A model generated the notes under the pieces. It was not told the DNA's origin. It did no database searches and saw only the letters and a list, made by a program, of their open reading frames with translations. 64,000 nt of DNA from Monocercomonoides exilis PA203 (taxonomy: Eukaryota; Protista; Preaxostyla): the NCBI GenBank assembly GCA_001643675.2, contig LSRY02000001.1, positions 2,418,001 through 2,482,000 on the forward strand, written 5' to 3'. Position numbers and translations under genes: made by a program. Below, piece by piece: positions 25,415 through 34,944 of this stretch. Within the stretch, counting starts at the first letter, position 1; every line of letters starts with the position of its first letter.

Positions 25415-25868
25415 ATAAATAAACGATTGAAGCTAACAAAATGAGATGAAAAGCTCGGAGGAATTCCGATCAGAAACAGCAACAAATAAACAGATTGAAA
25501 TTCAGCAAAATCAAACGTTGTTCTTCTTCTTCTTCCATTTTTGTGTGTTTTTCTCAGAAACAGCATCTTCTCAATCTTTCACGTATTCAACTCAATCCTT
25601 TCCTTTTCACCTTTAAAAATACATGAAATATTTGGAGATCATTCTTTTCATTCAAAAATCTTCCGCTTTTCCTTCACTTCTTTCTCATAAATAATCTTTC
25701 TTCCAAAAATTACTCTTCTTCAAAACCCAATGCAATGCATCTTCATATTATCTTGAATTTTTGTTTTTCTTCTTCTTTGCCTTCACTTTCCCCTCTTTTC
25801 TTCTTCTTCAAAGTCATCAAATCCCTCGCTTTTTGAAAAGAATAAAAAGATATAATAAAAATACAAAT

Positions 25869-25966
25869 AATTCGCAATAGAGCGAATATACGAACGCAAG
25901 GAGCAGGTTTGCTCCTCAATAATGAGTTTGATCTTAAATTATGGGTGGTTTAAGATCAAACTTCGC
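25869..25966 (+). repeat. DIRS left inverted terminal repeat
   Basis: 25869-25927 is the exact reverse complement of 31400-31458. 25918-25951 is the exact reverse complement of 32092-32125. Confidence 0.9.
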
Positions 25967-26008
25967 TAACAAATAAACCTTTGTTACACACCATTGTCCG
26001 CAGTAATA

Positions 26009-27247
26009 ATGACACAAGATCCTGTTAGAATGGAAACCAGTGACAGCGAGGACAGAGGATTTGATCTTACAATTAGACTTTCAAGAGTAGAAAATTTGAT
26101 TGAGGAAATGGCGAGAAGTCGAGCAGTTACGAGCCGCTCGGGAGCAGTAGGAATATTACCAGTGAGAAAGACGAAGAGGGAACGACCAAGAGGAAGATCT
26201 CTATCGGGATCAAGCGAATCTGAGTCCGAATCTGATGACACAGAGATGATCGCAAAGAAGAGACACAGACAGCGATTGAGGGGCGGTCGCGGACGTAACC
26301 AGATGAAGAAATGGGACGATGTAGAAACCAGCGAGAGCGATTCCGAAAACACAGAAAAGCGGGAAGAAGAGCAAGATAGATCCGAAGATTTCTTGGGAAT
26401 TTTCCCAGACGAATGGTTAACGCCTAGGAGACAAGCAGGAGAACTGAAGAGATTCATGGACTTTAGCAAAGCCGGATCTATCAGAATAAATGATGATATC
26501 CTGAACACCTTTATCCCGGAGACGGAGAAGAACTTTTTTACAAGACACACTGACATCAGTTGGAACGCCTTAGCAGTGACGGGGGTCACTGCTGAGGGAA
26601 GGAAAGACTCTCCAGAAGCCGCTCGGGTTATCGAGCTGCTTCAGCCCGCCCTGGAATCGGGGTTTGAAGCCGCGAAGGCGATTGCAGCCCTCACTACAAG
26701 AGAATTGAAAAAGACACGCCTAGAGGAAGAAGAGAAAGAGCGACTGAGGGGGCTCTTTTGCGCGTACGCCCTAATAGCAGACTGTATTAGCCGCATAAAC
26801 TTGCTGAAAGTTATCCCTCAGTCAAGCTGGGAGAACGTGAAGTGTTTTCTGGACGGGGGAATGTCCAAGGACATCCCAGAGAGTTTCAGGAGACTGGTGG
26901 ATAGCACCAGCTTTTTTCGTCCAGGGGGGGATGCTCCAGGATATGGAGCATCCCCCGTTTCTTCCACAACCTTCGGACTCGCCCCAGTCAGGGGCGTGCG
27001 CCCAGGAAAGTACAGCACAGGCAGAAACGCTCAAGGCTTTGCCTATAGGCAATTCCAAAAGCAAGGTTTCGAGGGGAGTTTTACAAATTTCAAACAAAGA
27101 AGGAGGTCAACACAAACTCGACCACAACAGGCCCCAGCAACAGCTGGGAGATCCCCCTCGTTCACAGTCCCCCTTCCTCCAGCCCCCCCGAGGACACAGG
27201 GAGAATCAGCAGCAGGAACAGCTTCTGGAACGAGCCAGTGGGCGTAG
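26009..27247 (+). CDS. DIRS ORF1, gag-like
   Basis: First long ORF after the left ITR (ATG at 26009). Position and basic/low-complexity C-terminus fit DIRS gag; no diagnostic motif seen. Confidence 0.75.
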   Translation: MTQDPVRMETSDSEDRGFDLTIRLSRVENLIEEMARSRAVTSRSGAVGILPVRKTKRERPRGRSLSGSSESESESDDTEMIAKKRHRQRLRGGRGRNQMKKWDDVETSESDSENTEKREEEQDRSEDFLGIFPDEWLTPRRQAGELKRFMDFSKAGSIRINDDILNTFIPETEKNFFTRHTDISWNALAVTGVTAEGRKDSPEAARVIELLQPALESGFEAAKAIAALTTRELKKTRLEEEEKERLRGLFCAYALIADCISRINLLKVIPQSSWENVKCFLDGGMSKDIPESFRRLVDSTSFFRPGGDAPGYGASPVSSTTFGLAPVRGVRPGKYSTGRNAQGFAYRQFQKQGFEGSFTNFKQRRRSTQTRPQQAPATAGRSPSFTVPLPPAPPRTQGESAAGTASGTSQWA

Positions 27248-30200
27248 AAAGAGCCGCGCTTTGCCGCGAGACAGAGAGAGAAGAGAGAGCCGCGCTTTGC
27301 CGCGAGACAGAGAGAGAAGAGAGAGCCGCGCTTTGCCGCGAGACAGAGAGAGAAGAGAGAGCCGCGCTTCGCCGCGAGACAGAGAGAGAAGAGAGAGCCG
27401 CGCTTTGCCGCGAGACAGAGAGAGAAGAGAGAGCCGCGCTTTGCCGCGAGACAGAGAGAGAAGAGAGAGCCGCGCTTCGCCGCGAGACAGAGAGAGAAGA
27501 GAGAGCCGCGCTTTGCCGCGAGACAGAGAGAGAAGAGAGAGCCGCGCTTCGCCGCGAGACAGGGACGGACATGACGCTGTCAGAGTTCAGGGGAATGACA
27601 GTACTACGGGAGGTCCCAATCAATCGACAGACAAGCACAGGGGAGGAACCCTGGGAAGTCTGCGAGAGCAACGAAGAGGCATTGAGCCCTTCCGACCAAA
27701 AGAAGAGGATAGAGATAGAAAGCTCGATAGATTGCGAGATGGGAACAGGGAGAGTAAACACAGAGGAAGACTCCGTACATCCCCACGGGACAGTACAGAT
27801 GAACGGTCAGGAAACCGAGAGGGAGGTAGTGAAGAGAGCCTTGAGAGCTTCTGGGACTGTTATCGAGTCCCTAATTGGGAGCGTCCTGGAGGAGAGCTGG
27901 AAGATAGCTACTGCAGATACTCTCGAAGGGAAAGAGACCGCACAGATACAGACTGGTCAAAGGACACCAGAAGTGGGGAGTTGCGTAGCAGTGGGACCAC
28001 CGAAGGAGCCACTTCCTGGGAGACTGGTGAACAGGCTGAACGAGTGGAGGAAGATTGGGGGAGACAAATTAGTGAGCCGTGGTATAAAAGCACGATGGAT
28101 GAGTCCCCAATCCCCAATCTCACTCGAGGAGAGAAAACACAGACAAGAATTTCGGGGAACAACAGAGATGACAAACAATTATTTATCCCTCTTAGAGGAG
28201 GAAGTGAAAGAAGGAGTGGTGAAACCCATACAGGAGTCGGAGGTAAAGTGGTTCAACCCGACATTTATGGTCCGGAAGAAGAACGGAAAGTGGAGGAAGA
28301 TTCTGGATTGCAGAATTTTAAACGAGGAAGTGCTAGGGAAACACTTCAAGATGGATTCCTAGGAGACAGTTGTGGAACTCCTGGAGGAGAACGATTGGAT
28401 GACCACGCTCGACATATCGAGTGCTTATCAACATGTCAAAGTGGACGAGCAGTTCAGTCCCTTTCTGTGCTTCAGCTTCCAAAAGCAATGCTACACTTAC
28501 GTGGGGATGCCATTTGGAGCAAAGGACGCGCCCAGAGTATTCACGAAGATAATGAGACGGGCAGCGTCATATATCAGAGAACATTGGAAGGTGAAGCTGG
28601 TGATATATCTGGACGACATCCTCCTCATGCACCCAGACAGGGATGCATTGAGATCGATCTCACAGGAGATAGCCCAGTTCCTGAGAAATCTGGGCTGGAT
28701 ACTGTCGGAGGAGAAGCTGAAGCTAGAACCCGCAAGGAGCGTGGAGTTTTTGGGATGGAGTTGGAATTCAGAGAAGATGGAAGTGACGCTCCAAGAGAGG
28801 AAGAGAGTGCTGCTCCTGGAGGATGTGCGAAAGTGGATAGCACATGCAAAGAAGAGGAGGAGACAAAAGACGAGGGACTTAGCAGCACTCCTCGGGAGGC
28901 TGAATTTTGTGAGGTTACAACACCCACCAGCGAGCTTGTGGATGAAGCGCATGCAATACGTGCTGAGACAGGCAATAGCCCGCGGAGGCTGGAACGGGAC
29001 AGTGATACCCAACCCAATGATGTTAGGAGAATTAACACATTGGAGGAAAACTCTGCGAGAGAACAGACCAAGGAGTCTGAGGAGAAGGAACAGACCAGCA
29101 GAGCTAACAACGGACGCTTCGGAGCTGGGATGGGGTGCAGTATTAACAATACCAACAGAGAACAAAGAGGAGAAGATATATGTCCACGGGAGTTGGACCC
29201 TCCAGGAGAGCGCATTAGCGATAAACGAGAAGGAGTCCAGAGCAGTGTTGAGGACTTTGGAAAGGAAAGGAGCATGGCTGAAAGAACAGAAGATAGATCA
29301 TATTCGTCTGAAGACAGACAACATGTCCACGAGATGGACAATCCAGAAGAAAAGGGGAGCGCCATCGCTCATCCCAACACTGAGAGCATTGGAGAAGAAA
29401 CTGAACAGCCTGAACTTAACAATACAGACGGAACATCTCCCGGGAGAGCAGAACACGGAAGCAGATGCACTCAGCCGGATGGCGAAGAAGCCGGACTATG
29501 CACTGAAGGGGGAGAAAGTCGCAGAGATATTACAGTCAATCGCACCGAGAACACTAGATACAATTTCAGAACAGATTGCGCCGGTGCCCTGCGGAAGTAC
29601 TTGGAGACTATCCTCCATGAGAAGGAAGAGAGAGGAAGGAACACCAGAAGACGACATAGTGCTAGTCCACCCGTTCCTGAGAAACATTGGGCGAGTGATG
29701 AAAGAGAAGATGAACGAAGCTCAGAGGAATCTGACGATTCTGATTCTGCCAGCCTGGCGGGGGCAGACCTGGACCCCGCTACTGCAGCCTGGGCATTTGA
29801 CAAAGACCCTGGGGACCTTTCAGGAGTGCATGACACCGGGAACGAAGATGAGAAGGGAAGGCTGGAAATTACCCCCAGGAGAGGTAATAAGCGTTATACT
29901 GGAGAAGAGAATATTCAGGGGAGAGACCTCTTCTTAACATGGGGAGAACACGTTGGAGCAAAAGACATAGCAGCAGCAATACTTAGAAATCAGAAGAGTG
30001 AGAGAGATACGTGGAGAGCCCTGCGAAGATTCAAGCAATTTCTAGATAGAGAGAGCATGGATGACACTGACCCCCTCACAACGAAAGATGCTAAATGGAT
30101 TATGGCAGAGTTCATCGAAACACTTTCGAATACAAACCTCTCAAGTGGAGTGATAAATCAGACAGTACGGAAGGTGCTGGATTCTATTAACCTCTTCAGA

Positions 30201-31289
30201 GAGACTAAGGTTGACGTGAAAGACATAGAGACATTTCTAAAGACCTATGTGGGGGAGAAACCAAGAAGAGGCAAACGATACAAATCGATGTGGGACTTGA
30301 CAATCATCACGAAGTGGGCAGAAGCCACTCACGATATGAAAGACCCACAGACTCTCCAAAGGAGGGCTCTCATTTTAACCATGATATTTGGTGCGTTAAG
30401 ACCAGCAGAGCTGGAGAGAATGAGAAGAGGGATAACGATACTTAGAGATGATTTAGTCCAGACACAAGTACAAACAAAAACATCAGGGGGAGAGACTGTT
30501 AAGGTTATTATAAATAAGCATCCAAACCCACGTATCGATGCGGTTGTAGCGCTCCAACGCTGGATGGATTATATAAAGACAACCTTTAGAGACGAACATG
30601 TGTGGTTCGATCTCAGGGGGAGGCAACCTGCAAACTTGCAGAGGATTAAAGAAGAATTAGTGGCTGTCCTGAGAGAGAACGGAATACCCGACACATTTAC
30701 CGCGTACTCGATAAGACACGCTGTGATAACACACTTAGCAAGACAACAAGATGCAGATTGGAAAGCAATCAATGCGTACGCGAGATGGGCGCCAGGCTCT
30801 AGAGTAGCCCAGGAGTATTACACCGTGTTACCAGTTCAGGACACGAGATGGATCCTGGAGACAATCGGTGGCCCAGTACCCCTGGCAGAGAAGGGAGGAA
30901 AGTCGGAGAAGGACAGCAAAGGAAAAGAAATTTCAAATGAGAATACAGAATCTGAAACAAAGGAGTATCCGGAAGAAACATCACAATCTGGGGGAGAAGC
31001 GGAGACGAGCAAGAGAAAGAATTCGAAGAGACGAGGGTCGACTCGAGAGAAGAGTTCGCATCATGAGGACGATATAACACAACCCACCAGGGGTGATGAG
31101 ACACCATCCATAATTCCCCGCAGCATCATGGAGCTGGCGGAGGGCAGACAACCTGCCTCGCAGAAGAAACTCGAGACCGATCGGAGGAAACGCGGAGAGA
31201 GAAGCATAGGACAAATTGTCATGCCCGCTCAAGTACAGAAGACTCGATCGAGAACCCCCCGAAAACAGCGCAAGAGGGGGAGGGAGTAG
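26931..31289 (+). CDS. DIRS tyrosine recombinase ORF (1452 aa); catalytic domain at about 30280-30830, N-terminal part overlapping the whole pol ORF
   Basis: FGALRPAEL (R), TKT (K), YSIRH (HxxR box variant), ARW (W), QEYY (Y). Confidence 0.9.
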   Translation: MLQDMEHPPFLPQPSDSPQSGACAQESTAQAETLKALPIGNSKSKVSRGVLQISNKEGGQHKLDHNRPQQQLGDPPRSQSPFLQPPRGHRENQQQEQLLERASGRRKSRALPRDRERRESRALPRDRERRESRALPRDRERRESRASPRDRERRESRALPRDRERRESRALPRDRERRESRASPRDRERRESRALPRDRERRESRASPRDRDGHDAVRVQGNDSTTGGPNQSTDKHRGGTLGSLREQRRGIEPFRPKEEDRDRKLDRLRDGNRESKHRGRLRTSPRDSTDERSGNREGGSEESLESFWDCYRVPNWERPGGELEDSYCRYSRRERDRTDTDWSKDTRSGELRSSGTTEGATSWETGEQAERVEEDWGRQISEPWYKSTMDESPIPNLTRGEKTQTRISGNNRDDKQLFIPLRGGSERRSGETHTGVGGKVVQPDIYGPEEERKVEEDSGLQNFKRGSARETLQDGFLGDSCGTPGGERLDDHARHIECLSTCQSGRAVQSLSVLQLPKAMLHLRGDAIWSKGRAQSIHEDNETGSVIYQRTLEGEAGDISGRHPPHAPRQGCIEIDLTGDSPVPEKSGLDTVGGEAEARTRKERGVFGMELEFREDGSDAPREEESAAPGGCAKVDSTCKEEEETKDEGLSSTPREAEFCEVTTPTSELVDEAHAIRAETGNSPRRLERDSDTQPNDVRRINTLEENSAREQTKESEEKEQTSRANNGRFGAGMGCSINNTNREQRGEDICPRELDPPGERISDKREGVQSSVEDFGKERSMAERTEDRSYSSEDRQHVHEMDNPEEKGSAIAHPNTESIGEETEQPELNNTDGTSPGRAEHGSRCTQPDGEEAGLCTEGGESRRDITVNRTENTRYNFRTDCAGALRKYLETILHEKEERGRNTRRRHSASPPVPEKHWASDEREDERSSEESDDSDSASLAGADLDPATAAWAFDKDPGDLSGVHDTGNEDEKGRLEITPRRGNKRYTGEENIQGRDLFLTWGEHVGAKDIAAAILRNQKSERDTWRALRRFKQFLDRESMDDTDPLTTKDAKWIMAEFIETLSNTNLSSGVINQTVRKVLDSINLFRETKVDVKDIETFLKTYVGEKPRRGKRYKSMWDLTIITKWAEATHDMKDPQTLQRRALILTMIFGALRPAELERMRRGITILRDDLVQTQVQTKTSGGETVKVIINKHPNPRIDAVVALQRWMDYIKTTFRDEHVWFDLRGRQPANLQRIKEELVAVLRENGIPDTFTAYSIRHAVITHLARQQDADWKAINAYARWAPGSRVAQEYYTVLPVQDTRWILETIGGPVPLAEKGGKSEKDSKGKEISNENTESETKEYPEETSQSGGEAETSKRKNSKRRGSTREKSSHHEDDITQPTRGDETPSIIPRSIMELAEGRQPASQKKLETDRRKRGERSIGQIVMPAQVQKTRSRTPRKQRKRGRE
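27049..29937 (+). CDS. DIRS reverse transcriptase / RNase H / degenerate methyltransferase-like ORF, with one in-frame TAG at 28360-28362
   Basis: PGRL...W, WFNPTFMVRKKNGKWRKILDCR-LN, HFKMD, LDISSAY-HV, MPFG---APRVFTK, YLDD; RNase H TDAS--GWG, IN-KE, TDN, HLPG-QN--ADALSR; then HPF...ILPAW-GQ-W. The frame is open from 27049. Confidence 0.92.
27251..27562 (+). repeat. 36-bp tandem repeat, 8 full copies plus one partial, inside the DIRS coding overlap
   Basis: Unit GAGCCGCGCTT(T/C)GCCGCGAGACAGAGAGAGAAGAGA. Confidence 0.97.
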
Positions 31290-31399
31290 GGATTGAGGCC
31301 GCACCTTCATCCGCAGTCCCTCTGGTCATCCGCCGCACGGCAAGGTGCTAGGCATGAGGGTTTAAGATCAGAGGAGAGAGGAGAACGAGGGATTTCAAG

Positions 31400-31495
31400 A
31401 CTCATTATTGAGGAGCAAACCTGCTCCTTGCGTTCGTATATTCGCTCTATTGCGAATTGATAGAACGCAGTGAGCAGGATTTGCTCCGAAATAAT
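31400..31495. repeat. DIRS internal complementary region (ICR)
   Basis: 31400-31458 is the reverse complement of 25869-25927 and 31457-31495 is the reverse complement of 32120-32158. The two halves overlap at TT. Confidence 0.95.
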
Positions 31496-32075
31496 ACTAA
31501 CGCGGATGGAGAGACTCAGAGCGGCTGGGTGCGTAATAGAGAAACATATTTGGAGGAATATGACGAGAAAAAGGGCGAGATATAAAAGGATAGAGGAAAA
31601 GATCAACCGCCCGAAGATATTAATGTGCACCTAGAACCTTTTTTGAGAAACATGGAAACAAATAAAAAGTTCAAGCATGATCCTACTCCTTTACAAGATT
31701 AGTATTGTTTTTACAGAGAAGAATTGAATATTAAATATGCAGTGTGTGATGATTGGGGTTGCTCTGCTGATGCAGCAGAAGAGCGGGAGGCAGAGCGCAT
31801 AACATGCAGTTTTCTTTTCCACGCCTCGCGAAAGCGAGAGTGGTTTTTCTTTCTGCTCCGTTTTTAATTTTCGCCTCACCGGATCCCTGCACAGCCTGCA
31901 GGAGGGAGCTCCGAGGGGTATGCCCCCTGCCCTCTGGTCTTCGAGACCATGGCAAAGGCGAAGTCGGTGGTGAAGTGAAGCGGACAATGCATTATTTTAT
32001 TTTATTATTATTAAATTTTAATGCTATTGTTTTGTTTTTTCATCTCGCCCTTTTTTTTCCACGTCATTTGGGAGG

Positions 32076-32158
32076 GCGAAGTTTTTCACTCAAACCACCC
32101 ATAATTTAAGATCAAACTCATTATTTCGGAGCAAATCCTGCTCACTGCGTTCTATCAA
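32076..32158 (+). repeat. DIRS right inverted terminal repeat
   Basis: Complementary to the left ITR core and to the second half of the ICR. Confidence 0.9.
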
Positions 32159-33127
32159 ATTTGTTTCAAAAGTTAATAGCAAACCGGATGATTTGTTTGT
32201 CATTCAATTTTTATCTCATTTGAAATGCTCGTTTTCTTCAATAATAAATTCATCATTCCATCCTTTTTCAATCGTTTCTGTAACATATTTGCCAATCATC
32301 CATTTCCAAAAGTCTTTTCATCTCCATTTGAGAAGGTTTCTGAACCTTCTGAATAAAGAGAGATTTGAATGTTTTTTCAATTCCTTCTGATTGAATCAAG
32401 AATTGACTTCATCCAATTCCCAACCAATCTCTTCACCCTGCTTCCTTTCCGTCCGCACCAGTTGTTCGAGCTCTGATATCAACCGGATAGGGAGACATTC
32501 TCCAAACTTGTTATTTGCCAGATTATTTGGTAAAAAAGACGTGGAAGTTAAAATTATCTTTTTGATTAAAAGATAAATACAGATGCGAAAACTGGACGAT
32601 CTGTTTTCATTATTTCTTGTTTTTTCATTCGCTTCGACCAATATATTGCAAATATTTCTATCTCATAATCACTAATTTGAACATCACTGTAAAGGGAACA
32701 TGAATCCATGCAGAAATTGTTCATCCGATATTGCATAAAACTTTCAATCAAAATTCTTTGATTTGTTGAAAGGTAACATTTTATCAACTCCACTTTTCAA
32801 TGTTTGCCATAATTCTTTTGAATTCGGATTTATTGTTCATTTTTTTGAAAAATCCTCGCCAAATTTTTCTATAAACAAACGGTTTTTAAGTTCTGATTTT
32901 TCTATGAAATTGTTATCTATTTATTCATGTGCATATCTGTTTTGTTCTTTCTTTTTTTGACATACTTACTTGATATTTGAATGATGATAACTTGCTTAAT
33001 CTGAATGAAACGACTTTTCAAATATAAAGGAGAAAGCTATCGCATAAATGCTTTATGGTTTGTAAGCGTTTCAACAATTGTAATTTTCACGATTGTTCTT
33101 ATTTTATTTTTTTTTTATTTCTTAAAG

Positions 33128-34446
33128 GAACACTTTTAAGAACGGAACATTGTGATGCGGAAGCGCAAAAACATGAAATTGAAAAAGCAATTGAAAAGCT
33201 GGATGAATTAACCGAGGGAGAACAAAAACTCCCTCTTTATGAAATGCTATACAACAAAATGGAAACTATGTTTGAAGAAAAGAAATTGTGTTTGGATAAT
33301 GCAATTCTTTTGCTGAAAAACTTGGGATATTATAAAGCGTTGAAAAACATATGGGGAAATCGTTTTCATCATTCTGGTCTGAACAAAAGATTTATAAAGA
33401 TGATAGTTGATGAAAATGAGAAAAAAGAAGAGAAAAACGAAAAGCTTCTTGTTGATCTTTGCGAATGCTTTTTAATGTTAAATAACTCTTATTCATCAGA
33501 AGTGGATTCAATTTGCGTGCCTTTCCTTCTAAAAGTTGCCTTGAAGAAAGAGGAAAGCAAAGAAACACGAAAAGAAGTGGAAATAATTTTACTGGCTTTG
33601 AGTGAATTTGGATATGGCGTGTGAACATTTCTATTTAATTTATGAAGTTATTGATTTTTTCCCTCTTTTTTTCAAAAGGAACTGAAAAAAGAACTTTTCT
33701 TGGATGAAATCAAAGAAATCATCCAATATCATCAAGAGCATCACAATCTCACTCGCCTTGCCTATCAGTCGGCTTGGAAGTTTTTGGTCAACAGATTTCA
33801 CTGCGATTACAGAGAAATGGAAGATTTGATTGTGAATGAACTTCGACTTGTTAAAGAAGCGATAAGGGAAATGGACGAGCTGATATCATTTGAGGAATAT
33901 GAGGGAGAAAGCGAGGAGGAAAAAGAAGAGAGTGAACCAGAAGCGAACGAAGGATATATTCTCATAAGATGGCTCTGCATATCTGACGATCTATTCAGTT
34001 GTTGTGAATCGTGGAATGAAGACATTTTAGGGCTTATGAAATGCGTTACGGGGGTATTTCGAGCAACAAATGAATGGTGCAATCAAATTGGCGATCATTG
34101 CTTTTATTGCTTTTATTGTTTTACAAGAAGAATAGAGGGCTATGATTTATTGCTGAAAAGCGGAGCAATTGATGCCGTTTTGAAGGAACTTTGGCGGAAA
34201 ACGTTGTATCAAGGTATTTTTCGTGATTTTTTGGAGCGTTTTGCGTATCTTTGGAGAAGATTGGATGAGAAAAGAGATGAAGAAATGGAAGAGAAAAAAC
34301 GAAAAGTTATGAAAAGAAAGATTCTTGAAATGTTAGAGGAAGAGGGATACGAAGATTGCATCAACAGATTTCGCTATTGCGTTGTTGTAAGATATTTTGC
34401 CACATTTTTGACAATTGGCACAGGAATCTATGATGTTCTTCTGTGA
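33128..34446 (+). CDS. Helical-family copy 3; first exon not resolved
   Basis: Exons 33128-33618 and 33679-34446 join in frame through a 60-nt GT-AG intron. Motifs KEVEIILLAL and HHNLTRLAYQSAWKFL. Confidence 0.75.
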
Positions 34447-34944
34447 AGCAACTGTGCTTTTGTTATCTTCATTTTTTTTTAAAGCATTTCCATTTCATTT
34501 GGGTTTGAATGCTTCATTTGTTTTCATTTCACATGTTTGAGAAAATAGATTTTTTTCAAAAAAAAAAAACAATTTCGTTTTTTTCCTCTATAATTAACAA
34601 ATTGGTAAAAATCTCATTTTTGAATTGTTTGATATTCAGGGAAGAAAGTGAAGTGATTTCCATTTTTTGTTCCCCGTTGAACTTTATCCATTCAAATGGA
34701 TTTTTAATTGAAATACTTTGCTCATTTTGTTCAAAGAATCTCAGCTCGTTATTCTTTGGACGTGTAATTTTAACAATTTTTTTAATTGCCCAAACTTTCA
34801 TTAAAAGAAATGTTTTTTGGAATTTTATCCATAATTCTTTGAATACAAGAACAAACTCATCAATGTTTTTTTTGTGAAACAAAAGAATAATCAACAATAT
34901 TATTCCAGGCGTATATAAATTTGACACAAAATGGATTATTTGTA

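Larger units (their letters stand above)
25869..32158 (+). mobile_element. Full-length DIRS1-like tyrosine-recombinase retrotransposon, 6290 bp
   Basis: gag, RT-RNaseH-MT-like and YR ORFs. 34-bp perfect inverted core at 25918-25951 / 32092-32125. The ICR at 31400-31495 is complementary to both termini. Sharp GC increase against the flanks. Confidence 0.95.

Noticed and set aside
27251-27562. CRISPR-like 36-bp periodicity
   Set aside because: Head-to-tail repeats without spacers, no cas genes, eukaryotic context.
31761-31975. Hammerhead or HDV-like ribozyme call (CTGATG, CGAAA and GGCGAA motifs)
   Set aside because: The CUGAUGA core is incomplete and the HDV helix order could not be built. 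Kept only as an unclassified structured region.
25420-32900. A host gene interrupted by the DIRS insertion
   Set aside because: The flanks contain only short unidentifiable ORFs, and joining them did not give a convincing frame.
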